In this document: piece by piece, positions 27,205 to 38,400 of the stretch
How positions within the stretch are numbered: position 1 is the first letter of the stretch
Layout of the letters: each line of letters begins with the position of its first letter
Source: Octopus sinensis
Lineage: Eukaryota
Length of the DNA: 64,000 nt
Assembly: GCF_006345805.1 (NCBI RefSeq)
Contig: NC_042999.1
Coordinates: 140,988,001 to 141,052,000 of the forward strand
Reading direction: 5' to 3'
Made by a program: the position numbers and the translations under genes
The notes under the pieces: generated by a model
Seen by the model: only the letters and a program-made list of their open reading frames with translations
What the model was told of the DNA's origin: nothing
The model's database searches: none

Positions 27205-27263
27205 ATTCTCCCTGCACCAAACCTAAGTTAAACCGACAATGGAATATTGCGATCATTGAGGAA
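27205..27263 (+). CDS. Candidate internal exon A of an unidentified host gene
   Basis: Acceptor ttgtctcttatgttactagcttctgcag, donor GAA|gtaatt; only one frame is open (SPCTKPKLNRQWNIAIIEE). No homology recognised. Confidence 0.15.
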
Positions 27264-27942
27264 GTAATTTCAATCTCCAGTAGATAATGTTTTACTCTAT
27301 AAATAAAAAAGCAAGATTTCTCTGCTTCATAGAAATAACCATCAGTCTGTGTGTGTTTATTTTCTTAATAATCAATTAGATTAATTCAGTGAATCAAAAG
27401 AGGAGATTGATTCTCACATACAAAGCATGTGCATATATCTTTGTATTTGTTTGTGCTCCAACATAATGTCAACAGGTACAAAAACAGGCATGTATTACTT
27501 ATTAGAATATTATATAGAACATTTGAAAGTGCAATGCCTTAAGAATACTTAGTTCTTGTGATTAAGCACTGGGTTCAATTTTTCTAAGAGTATAATTGAC
27601 AAACCAAACCAGTATATTACTGGTACTTATTTTGTCAAATGTGAATAGGTGAAATGCTCAAGTCAGTTTCAGCAAGCTGAAACTAGAAGGACTGAAACTA
27701 CAATGCTTTGAAATTTCTAAATAGTTCTATTTTCCTATACTAACATATACAATTTTGTACATTTATTTAGTAATTGTTTAAACACAGCTTTGTTGATGAG
27801 GTGAAACATATCTGTAGTTGTCTCTTGTACTTGACATAAAAATGAAAAATTAATCATTGTATACTTTCAAATTTCTTCATTGCATATCAATTTTTCTATT
27901 TAGATTTTTAATGTTTCATGCATTAAATATGTTAAGAGTCAT

Positions 27943-28103
27943 AGGTGTAGGAGTAGCCGTGTGGTAAGCAGCTTGCTTACGAACCACATGGTTCTGGGTT
28001 CAGTCCCACTGCATGACACCTTGTGCAAGTGACTTCTACTATAGCCTCAGGCCAACCAAGTCTTGTGAGTGGATTTGGTAGACGGAAACTGAAAGAAGCC
28101 TAT

Positions 28104-28146
<43 letters not shown>

Positions 28147-28336
28147 CTGTGATTGTCCCCCAACATCGCTTGACAACTGATGGTGGTGTGCTTACGTCCC
28201 CGTAACTTAGCGCTTCTGCAAAAGAGACCGATAGAATAAGTACTAGGCTTACAAAGAATAAGTCCTGGAGTTGATTTGCTCGACTAAAGGCGGTGCTCCA
28301 GCATGGCCACAGTCAAATGACTGAAACAAGTAAAAG
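27943..28336 (+). mobile_element. tRNA-derived SINE with internal microsatellite, second copy of the 9424 family
   Basis: Colinear with 9424-9847; probable 8-bp TSD agagtcat at 27935-27942 and 28337-28344. Confidence 0.9.
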
Positions 28337-28808
28337 AGAGTCATTTAAATTCTATGGTATCTAATCCTATGCAATATTGAATTGAAGTTATGTTAATCAT
28401 AGCAAGCTAAGCCACTGAAGATTTGTGGTAATATACCAGTTATAGAGTTTATATAAATTAATATATGTAACATGAATATAGCTAGATAATTTGCATATTA
28501 ATGTAGAAATGTATATAGATAGCTATAAGAGGATAGCATTTTATGAAATTTCTTCAAGGAACTATGTAAATCTGTGACTCCAGGGAATAATTTCCTCACA
28601 CACCAAATGTACATCACTAAGAAATACTATAAGAAAAATAAGATCAATCAAAATTTCTCAATTGGATCTAATAAAAAACCCATTTCCTCTGCTTCAAATT
28701 CTCATGTCTAACATGTTTCCAGGTCATTGACTGCCATTTTGAAGTATAACACTATTCGCATAATGTTTGGTTCAATTATTCATATGTAATTTTTTCTTTC
28801 ACTCTCAG

Positions 28809-28849
28809 GAACGAACATCTATTGAAGGAACACTGTTTGTGTACAGGCG
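28809..28849 (+). CDS. Candidate micro-exon B (41 nt)
   Basis: Strong acceptor aatttttttctttcactctcag and donor GCG|gtaggt. Reads ERTSIEGTLFVYR(R); the alternative frame NEHLLKEHCLCTG is also open. Confidence 0.25.
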
Positions 28850-29696
28850 GTAGGTGATCTTACCTTTCTCTTTCATCTTGATTTCAACTATTTATTGACC
28901 AAAATGCAACAATAATAATAAGTACACTCACTGCATACAACACATACCCTATACAATAACCACCCAATAAAAAATATAATTCATACTACATATACTGTGT
29001 GGAATGACCAACAAATTATAACACAACACTTGCTCTGGACAATCATCACTATTTATGTAACAACCCATACAGCACATAACTCTACACAATTGTCTTCTGA
29101 CATTAAAACACATAACATCAAGCACACAGCACATACAAAACAAAAACTATCGAATAAAATATCACATCAGCATTGCACATATTTGGCATGAACAGATGAA
29201 ATGCTTAAATAACAGCAGAAACCAAATTCCACACTAAGTTACAAATGATGAATATACAATCACAGCTTTACATTCCCAAAAGACAATGTTATACACATCT
29301 TGATATCATGGAAGTATATTAGGAGGGTCAGTAGAAAATAAAGTCTGTTGAAAACATGATAATAATGATTTGTAAAATAGGCACAAGGTCAGAAATTCGA
29401 GGGAAGGGGTTAGTTGATGAAATCATCCCCAGTAATTGACTGGTATTTTATTGTATCAACCCTTAGTTGTATAATTGAATATGCAGAACAATTGACACTG
29501 TAATTCAGTTTGAATCATTTCATATCGAAATCAAAATAAGTTATCTGACCTGTTTTTGTAGATGCTGCTCAAATTAAAGTACAAATAAAACCGATTTGAT
29601 TCTCATGAAATCATCATTTAATACCACTATTATATGAATGTAGTGACATAATAAAATTTTGTAAATGCTCACTTTCATTTCCATTGTTCCATATAG

Positions 29697-29727
29697 TCTG
29701 CAGAAACTTTTTAGATGGGAGATTGAG
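29697..29727 (+). CDS. Candidate micro-exon C (31 nt)
   Basis: Acceptor actttcatttccattgttccatatag, donor GAG|gtgaga; LQKLFRWEIE, phase-compatible with B. Confidence 0.25.
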
Positions 29728-30120
29728 GTGAGAGCACAGTTCTTATTAAGTCTGTGTGTTTCTGTATATATGTCATTGGATTACAGTCACTATACATATT
29801 TATGTACAGTTATTTTTTGTAACTCAAGTTCAATTTTTTTAAGAAGGTGTCGTCAATAAAATTGACTATTAAATGTAACTCCATTTTATTTCCTTTCCCA
29901 GTGAATAATAGTATTTGTGCCTATGTAAGAAAATCAATATTTTTATTTATGTCCGTTAGAGCACAGAATTTTATGACATTGGTATATTTCTAACATAGTG
30001 CACTTATAAACTGAAACTGTGTCTTTCTAAAATTTCTTATAGAAATCTGTAGTTTCTTCATAAACAACAACACTGAGCCATCTTTTCAATGCTGTCTTTA
30101 TATTCTCTTTTTGTGTTTAG

Positions 30121-30158
30121 ATATATTTGATACAGAGATCTACAATATATTTTCACTG
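30121..30158 (+). CDS. Candidate micro-exon D (38 nt)
   Basis: Acceptor gtctttatattctctttttgtgtttag, donor CTG|gtatga; IYLIQRSTIYFH in the phase compatible with C (alternative frame DIFDTEIYNIFSL). Confidence 0.22.
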
Positions 30159-32524
30159 GTATGACATATTAGGAAGTTACTAAATCCAAATTATTTTCAT
30201 ACTGTGTAACTTTAAAAAGCATTCTATTGGTTTGCACTCACAAAAAGCTCTTTAGGGTTTCATGCTAAAATACAAAGCCTTTACTCTAGAAACATCAGAA
30301 ACTCTACCAATAACCTTAAAAGGAATTTTTTCTAGAGATAAGCAAAAGGAAATCTTAACTGACAGCTGGTTTTCAGTTAGTTCCTTTTTTCCTGTTAATA
30401 CCTTGGCTTGTTTTATGACAGGAAGATTTTGTATATCATAATGATTATTGCAGAATATAAGACACCAAAAGTTTGGTTCTGTTTATTTTCTGTTTTATAG
30501 ACAGATAATATCTGAATAATGTGTATTTCATAGTAAGATGAAATTGTTTCTTTATTACATTTACCTTTTCATGTCATCATGGGTAAAAGGAACATATAAA
30601 TTTATATATTTACATGCAAATTATTGCAACAAATATTTTTATAGCTGTCTTTTTCAGAATATTTACTCAACTGTGAAGTGAAAATGGTATCTATTTTCAA
30701 CAAAGGAATCTGAAGCAAATAGATCAATGTATATTGCCTAGGGACACAACACTGGCTATAGCAAGATTTAAAAACAGTATCCCAATAATTTCACAATAAT
30801 AATTCCTTTCCTAGAAACGATTTTCAACATCTTAATATTATTAAGAAAAATACAAGCATATAGAAAACCCTTGCCAAAAGGGTTACTTCATTTAAAATTG
30901 TCTCTTGTTTTCCTATCAGTTTGATTTATCTTTCAAATTTTTATCTTAACAAACTTCTGCTACTTCAAAAATAAATTCCTTTAGATCCTCCACAGGTTGT
31001 ATTGTTTCTCACTAATAATCTAGCACATCAAAGTATTGTTCTGATTAGTCAGTTTGTTTTATTGAGTAATCAGCTTAGCAGTATGATTGGTTTTACTGTC
31101 ACATGTTTCTCAGTGAAGCAATGAGTCAAAGATATCAATGTACAGCTATATTTAGTTTCCACTCAGCCAAAAGTAACTTACTATAAGTTAAAACTCTTTC
31201 CATATCATGCCAATAAACAATACTTCCAATGTCTGTTGTTTTAAAAGTAGCTTTCTCATTAAATCCTTTAAAATACTGTCTTAATAGGATGGTCAGGATT
31301 AGAATGTTTTCTATAAGCCTGGAATGCTTTTGATCATTCAAGTCTGTCATAGAGCTAAACAACAATCTATTTAATACAGTATGAAAGAAAGTCACTAGCA
31401 CTATATGCCTGTGCGAATTTTATGAAATCTTTACTTTTAATCTCTTTTTTGACACAAACTTTTCAGTTTTTTCCCTTTTCTATCGTACACAAAATAATAG
31501 GAATGATGTATGTACCAAGAGTAAAAATGTAAAATCTGAGGTATTAAAGTGGAAAAAATCTAAATGGAATTTAATACATTGGCAAATATGTGAGATTAAA
31601 AATCAGTTGGAGATTAGCTACAGTCATTTACACTAGTGTATACATAGAATGAAAATAGGTGATTTCTATTGAAAGAAAAATATTTTAAAATATTGTTAAC
31701 TGACTATAACTGGCTTGTTAAGCCAAGAAATGCTTAGCATGATATTAGCTTTACTATTAAGAATAATTAACAAATAATATAAAATTAACTGAAACATGTT
31801 CAAACTATGTCACTGTGGAAATATGAACATTGCTGTGGGCATTAGAGGCAAAAAATTCTCTAACTAGAGTAGTTTCATTAAGTTAAAATGCAATTAATTA
31901 TTTTTTTTTATAGAACTTTAAAATACAAGTAGTTATTTGCTATTGAAATAAATATTCATAGTTACACACCACAGAAAATGTAAATATATTTTGCATATGT
32001 ATTTATAACACAGCATTTTTTCTGGCTCTAAGTGTATTTTAATCCCTTGAAGATTTCACAATGAAAATGTTTTACATTTGATGTTTCAGGTATTAAAAAA
32101 ATTTAATTGAAAAATTTGTTGCCCAGTTATTTTAAATAAACTGCTTTGTTTGGCCACAGAAAATATTCTGAACAGTAAACTCAATATAATTTTTGGGTTG
32201 TCTTTTTAATTAAAGAAATTTGTTTTGTTTTGTTATGTTTTAACAATTTATTTTTTGTAAGTTAATCAGAGGAGGAGATCAATAGCCATTTTGATTTCTA
32301 GGTTCAAATTTCTCAATGGCTAACTTTGCTTTTTACTTATTCTTTTATTGAGTAATTACCAGTATTATACCAGAATCAAATCACTCAATTCTACCCATCT
32401 CCTGCTATAAGTAAACTTTGACTGAGTAAAAACACAAACAACATTATCTTCATAAAGAAGGTTACTTTTATCTATTTATAGGTTTGACAGCTTTCTTTCT
32501 AAGATAGCATAACTGGACTATATT

Positions 32525-32526
<2 letters not shown>

Positions 32527-32563
<37 letters not shown>
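32527..32563. repeat. (AT)n microsatellite
   Basis: Directly visible. Confidence 0.95.
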
Positions 32564-32566
<3 letters not shown>

Positions 32567-33205
32567 TATATTTTTAAAAATTTGGGTAGTTTTCATGTCC
32601 ATTGACTGAATTTTCCAGCTTAGAAAATAATACTTCTTACCGAACTATTTGACTACAAAGTCAGAGTACCACTTAATTTTCAGCAATGATTACAAGAACA
32701 ATTGTAACATATTGTTTTCATATTATCTTCATAAAAATCATGTTATTTTTTAGTTCTTTTCATTCCCTTGTCACATGGTGACAATATAAAACATAAGAGA
32801 TGTGTATGAAGCTTTAGATTTTGAGGAGAAATGGAACTAGGTAATTTACATGAAATGACTTAACTATTTATTCTCTGCCAGTAAAGTGCACTTTAATACT
32901 TTACCTTAACTGTTACTTTGTTGCTGCTACTACTACCACCACTACTACTATAATTGTTGAGATTTTTTTTCTTCTTATAGCTACCCAGCTAAAATAGTAA
33001 CCTGACTTGCTGTAGCTCATTTTTAATGATTTAGCAGAAGTTGGTAATTTCTGCATCAATTCCTAACTGATATAGAGCAGTCTGATGTACATTTAAAAGA
33101 CATCCTTATCAATAATTAATTAAAAAGCAAGTCCCTTCTTTTAACAACATAAAATACTTGAGAGATTAATATATCTTAGATGTTGATTATGCTAAGGAGC
33201 AAGGC

Positions 33206-33208
33206 ATG

Positions 33209-33255
<47 letters not shown>

Positions 33256-33264
33256 TGTGTGTGT

Positions 33265-33319
<55 letters not shown>

Positions 33320-33332
33320 ATATATACATATA
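33206..33332. repeat. Compound (TG)n/(TA)n microsatellite
   Basis: Directly visible; explains ORF 33206..33577. Confidence 0.95.
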
Positions 33333-33495
33333 TAAGGAGAGAAAAGAATCCTGAACTGTTTCTTCTTCATCGTCATCATTTTGACGTTCCTGTTTCCCCT
33401 AGTTCTAATACAGGCTTCATCTGTTTCCTCTATCCATCTTTCATTTTCTCTCTCTCTCACTCTCTCTTCCCCCCTATCTCCCCTCTCTCTCTGCC

Positions 33496-33531
<36 letters not shown>

Positions 33532-33949
33532 GATTGTATTCTTTCTTTATACTCTGTTGTTTTTGTACATATTTTAACAGTTTATAATGTTATAGGTTGT
33601 TGAGGTAAAAGAGCTTCCGGTTTATACTGTACGCTACCAGGTGTTGAATAGACAGGCCAAACCTACTTAAAACTGTGTCAGGTGGTGAGATAGTTAGATA
33701 GAAGAGAGAGAGAAAGGAATGCTTTACTATCAAAATGTCAGAAGCCTTTCTCAGAAGTAGAAGCCTTTCTTACATCCTTTAAGATGAAAATCATTTTATT
33801 CTTTGAACTTGATTTTTTTTTTTTTTTTCAATATAATTTCAAATATATAACATGTTTACAAATTTTTCAGAATGCTTTCAGTTATCACTTAATAAGTGAG
33901 TATTTAAATATTTTAAAGTTTTTATTTATTCATAACTACCATGATGAGT

Positions 33950-34228
33950 CCCATGGGCATATGGCGTAGTGGTTAAGAGTGTGGGCTACTAACTCCAAGA
34001 TTCTGAGTTCGATTCCAAGTAGTGACCTTAACAATAATAATAACAACAACAACATGGAAAAATACCTTAAGAATGAGAACCCAGGTTCAAAAATTCCCCA
34101 AGACACCTGAAGAAGGCTGGAGGGTATATCAGCCGAAACGTGTTAACAACAAACAAGATGAGGACAAATATCTGTCGAATGTAAATAATGTACATAATTC
34201 CTAATCTCTAAAAAAAAAAACTGTATTG
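33950..34228 (+). mobile_element. tRNA-headed SINE with Penelope-type hammerhead-like 3' module, A-rich tail and 11-bp TSD
   Basis: A box tggcgtagtgg (33962-33972), B box gagttcgattcc (34005-34016), (AAT/AAC)n linker, hammerhead-like motif at 34102-34144, poly(A) at 34210-34220. TSD ccatgatgagt at 33939-33949 and 34229-34239. Confidence 0.85.
34102..34144 (+). ncRNA. Minimal type I hammerhead ribozyme-like motif (this copy probably defective)
   Basis: gacac (stem I 5') - CTGAAGA - a - ggctg/cagcc (stem II) - GAAA - c - gtgtt (stem I 3'). The UH cleavage dinucleotide expected between stem III and stem I is absent. Confidence 0.6.
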
Positions 34229-35419
34229 CCATGATGAGTGTCAGTCTAGACAGCCATGCAAATTTCACAAGTTTTGAAAAGCCAAAAGGCAAAATATCAA
34301 CTAATTTTCATATTTTTATGACCCTTAATGTTCAGATACTTCAAGCAAAAGAGAAATATTGAACTACAGCTAAATCCCTGGTGTTTGGACAGCACTTTTA
34401 TGTGTTGAAATATCTTAAAGCTATTGATTTTTACCCCTCACCGTGTTGCCTGTTTCTAATTTTAATTAACAAGGGCTTCAGTGCATCAACCTATGTATAT
34501 ATTATTGATTTTAAATTGTCACCCTTTCCTTTATTTCATTGATTTAAACATTGTTCAGCAATGTTTACTACTCATTGATATGGGAAATTAAAATTATCAT
34601 GATTGTCACATTCTTACCTTATTATTGATTTCTTACATTTGCCATAATTTGAATTCAATTCAATCAACTCCAATATAAGGCTGAGTGAAACTCTTATGCG
34701 GTTTGGACTCAGAATGAGGAGGAACAATGCTGTGTATCATATATCTAATACTTTCATCTCAGAGCAGTCTGCAGTTCAAACATTGCTTTCATTTATTATG
34801 GGTTGAAAGGTAATATTTGTGGGTAAGTGATGTTCAAGCCTTTACTTGCAGCATAAGAAAAATGATTACTAAAGTATTGAAACCAGACTACAGACCCAAG
34901 TCAGAGATTTAAACCTTTCAGAGTGAAATCATATGGGAACAGCTGTATCCAACTGGGTTTTCACTTTTATATCCTGTCTTCTTTTTATTTTCTTGCTTGT
35001 GTGGGAAACCAGCCTGTCAAAAGATAGACCCAAAGTTTCCTTTGCATGTCATAAAAGGTGACTACAAGAAGTTGAGATAGGGTTTGCACCCCAACCTCCT
35101 AAACCCTTACCAGCAATGACAACCCAAACAGACCTGTTGGTTGGAAGGTTGTAGTGCAAACATATCATCTGCCAGGAGTAGGGAATCACCAACAAATGGT
35201 GGATGCAGTGACATGGCCTCTATACTACAACTTGACTACAAAATTTTCCATTGAAGTAGGAAAGTCTCTAGTGTCATTGACTTTGTATGTACATATGTGT
35301 GTGTGTATTTTGAAGTCCCAATCAACTTGATCATCAAAATAAATTTGACACACTTCAGTAAATGTTCCATTGTTATACTCAACCTTACTTTAAAAACAAT
35401 AACCTATTTAACATGTATA

Positions 35420-36300
35420 TCATCACCATCATCATTGTGTTCCATGTTGGTATGAGTTGGAGGGTTTGACAGGATCCAATAGGTCTAAGAACTACACCAT
35501 GCTCCATTGTTTACTTTAGTATTGTTTCTGTTGCTAGATGCCCTTTGTAATATCAACCACTGTACTGCATACATTGGGTTTTTTTTTTTTCATAACACCA
35601 GCACTGATGAGGTGCAGCTCACAAGACTACAAACCCTGAGAGAGGTCGCTTTATGCTAAGGTAATAAGGTTTAAAGTATGAGGGGAAGTAGCCAGAACAA
35701 AACAGATTTCTTGCTGCAGAAGAGTTACATAGTTATTCATATTTTAGAAGAGAGGGTAAGGGCAGTCGGAGTGGAGCTGGAAAGAAATAGAAATAATGGT
35801 GATGAGGTGTCCAGGTACAAAGTAAATAGAAGTGTGTGAGGGCAGAGGAACCAGGAGTGCAAGTGGGTAGAGGTTGCATGAGTGTATGGGAGAATGAGTG
35901 AGGTGAAGTATGAATATAATGAATGAAAGACAGGTGTTGAGAAGTGGAAGTAGTGAATGGCAGATTAGGGGTTAGAGAGAGTCCAATGATGTATGTGGTG
36001 AAAGAGTAACAAAATAGTAATATTGATACAGTAGACAAGAGAAAGATGAGAGAGAGAGGGGGGGTTGAGGTTGGTTGCCCAAATGTGGGAAGAGAGAAGC
36101 GTGCATAGTGAGTGGGGAGTACAAGATGAATGGTGGTGGAGAAAGAGAAATAATTTGGTGGCTTGTGGGTGGGATTCAGTGTAAAATATAAATGGATAAG
36201 ATAGTATAAGACGAAGGATGGATATCAAGAGAAATGATTTCAAGCAGCAAGGAAGATTAATGATATCAAGAAAAACTGCAGTTACAGAGATGATGAGTAG
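35420..36300 (-). mobile_element. Old retroposon-derived segment (RTE-type 3' UTR/tail plus purine-rich low-complexity tract)
   Basis: catcaccatcatcatt tail and gctagatgccct...aaccac motif resemble the 3' UTR at 13468-13620; the rest is low complexity. Confidence 0.45.
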
Positions 36301-36384
36301 GGTGGGGTCTTGCGGAGGAAATTAGGTGAGAGGCCCAGTTGTGCGCACGCACACACAAACACACACAGAGTACTTCCAGAACTT

Positions 36385-36645
36385 AGTTCCACTGATTTAG
36401 GTGTATTATGTAGAGAACCACATACTGCTGTTCATCCTAGTCTCGTCATCTCCTCCATGAGGTTCAAGGTCGTGAGATCAACCTTCACCACTTTCTTCCT
36501 ATGTCTCACTACCATGAAGAACTGCACTTCTAAAACAAGCATCATGCAATCTGCTCTTCACTCTGTGAGAAAAGTCCTTTGCTGCTTGTTGCAGTAGAGG
36601 GTCTCTGAACTTTTTCCTGTCTTTTGTAACCCATGCTGCTGTACT
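36385..36645 (-). mobile_element. RTE LINE C-terminal fragment
   Basis: Minus strand gives T*EESGEG/KVVKVDLTTLNLMEEMTR, similar to RTE ...TWxEVVKxDL...; an RTE-type tail follows at 36655-36720. Confidence 0.6.
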
Positions 36646-38049
36646 TTCAGAGCACATCATCATTATCGTCACCATCATTTAACGTCTGCCTTCCATGCTG
36701 GCATTGGTGGGACAGTTTGACATTTATTTTATATATATATATATATATATACCCTGCTACAAGAACATGTCCTATTTGAGTGTATTTGAACTCACTATAG
36801 TTGAGTATGTTAACAAGATTAGATCATCAATTGATGTCTAGACTTTGAAAAAAATTTGTAAATTTTGTAAATTACTTTCTTGAAAAAAAATGCAAATGAA
36901 AATCAATAAAGTAAATGAATTGGATGAAGTTTTGTTTTGTTTACTGGCTTGCATTGATATATGAAAAAATTGTGTTTTGTGCTCTTAACTATTGTAAAAG
37001 GGTTGTTTTGATTTTTTTTCTTCTCTCTTTATGCATGACCAACCCTTTAGCAGCTGAGTGGATTTTCAGCTCGTCTTCTGATTTGCATAGCTATCCCTAC
37101 AATCAATCCATTATCATGAGCATTCCAACTTCAAGGCTTTTTTAATTGAGAATTCTTTCATTTTCATCTCAGCCTCATCTGTTTTGTCATAGTGATCATC
37201 CTCATCATCACCTCATCTTAAAATTATTATTACTGCTCTAAATTTTCATCATTGAGGTCCATATTATGCCCATCAAGCATTTTTCTGACATTATTGTCAT
37301 CTATTCTAGATATTTTAAGGTATAAATAATATTGAGCTACTTTTACTAATGATCATTTCATGTTGCAATTTTTCTTTTTCATCTAGTAAATTTTATTAGG
37401 ATTTTGTTTCCAAAATAGTTTTGCTTTATCAAAATTCATAATCTGTTCATCAATATAAACACTCATCTTCAATTTTTTTCTTTTTTTCAATTCAGCAGGA
37501 TATGTGACTACTCCATTATTGTACTTGTACTTTTGCCTAGAAACCTAACATTATAAATTCCATATCATTTTAGAAATGAGTCAAACCATTCAGAAAATGT
37601 TGTTTTAGCATTCCCTTCAGTTTCATTTTCTTACTTCCATTTTCTTTGCACTGCTTCAAACAGGTATATGTACTGTATACCAGAGTAAACTAAATTGCTA
37701 TATGCAGTATTTGAATTTTGATGGCAAATTATCAGCCATGTTATATGGAAATGCAGTGATTGAAGTATATTCCTGTGTTATGTATGGATGTCTCCATCCA
37801 TCTATCCTTCCTTCCTTCCTTTCTACTGTAAATGTAGAGGTCTGTATTTGATAATATTTGTACCCTGTATAACATAGCTGTTTTACACTCCTTACTTTAT
37901 GATATATGTATTGTGTGTGTGTGTATACCCATATACACAGACACACACTCCTGATTTATTTCATCAGTGCTTAGTATTAAGAAAAATGTGCAACTTTTTA
38001 GTATAAAACTTTTCAGAGTGAGATAAGAATGCCTAAAAACTGTACTGGC

Positions 38050-38400
38050 TCTTGTAGACTGGTGAGATCAATGAGTTTATGTTGATCTTTAACATCTGTA
38101 AATCAACATCTGCAGTAAGAATGTGGGCCCTTAGGAAAATCAGAATAGTTACAGTTCTAGGAGGAATAATGTTGAAAAAGTGTTTAGTATAGGATCTAAA
38201 AATGAGTTACAGCAGGGATGATCAATTGAGAGAGAGAGAGAGAGAGAGATGAGCTTGTTCGACTGGGTGGAGAGGGATGTACAATCATATTTTCAGAAAA
38301 GCTGAAAGCACTGTATTATATAGTACAGGCAGAGAAATGAAAGCATTTCAGCTGCAACCATTCCATATTTTCCTTGTGTACAGGGAGCCCATGGCAACAA
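38050..38400 (-). mobile_element. 3' end of CR1/L2-group LINE, same family as 19400-20700
   Basis: TKHFFNIIPPRTVT and AHILTADVDLQMLKINI parallel the 3' end at 19440-19560; interrupted by (GA)n. Confidence 0.6.

Noticed and set aside
27196-27263. ADSPCTKPKLNRQWNIAIIEE resembles the phosphodiesterase motif ADxSNPTKP...RQW...EE
   Set aside because: Spacing is off by two residues and no other PDE exons are recognisable.
31135-31401. 88-aa minus-strand ORF with a good gtaagt donor
   Set aside because: No recognisable homology. My rough estimate is that at about 70% AT several 80-90-codon ORFs arise by chance in six frames of 64 kb.
33610-33640. CTTCCGG ETS-like motif with nearby CpG
   Set aside because: A single short motif with no supporting promoter context.
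33955-34030. tRNA gene
   Set aside because: It has A/B boxes but no complete cloverleaf and is the head of a TSD-flanked SINE.
35620-35660. Other CTGANGA occurrences (e.g. 35625, 50807, 51636) as hammerheads
   Set aside because: They lack a stem II followed by GAAA.
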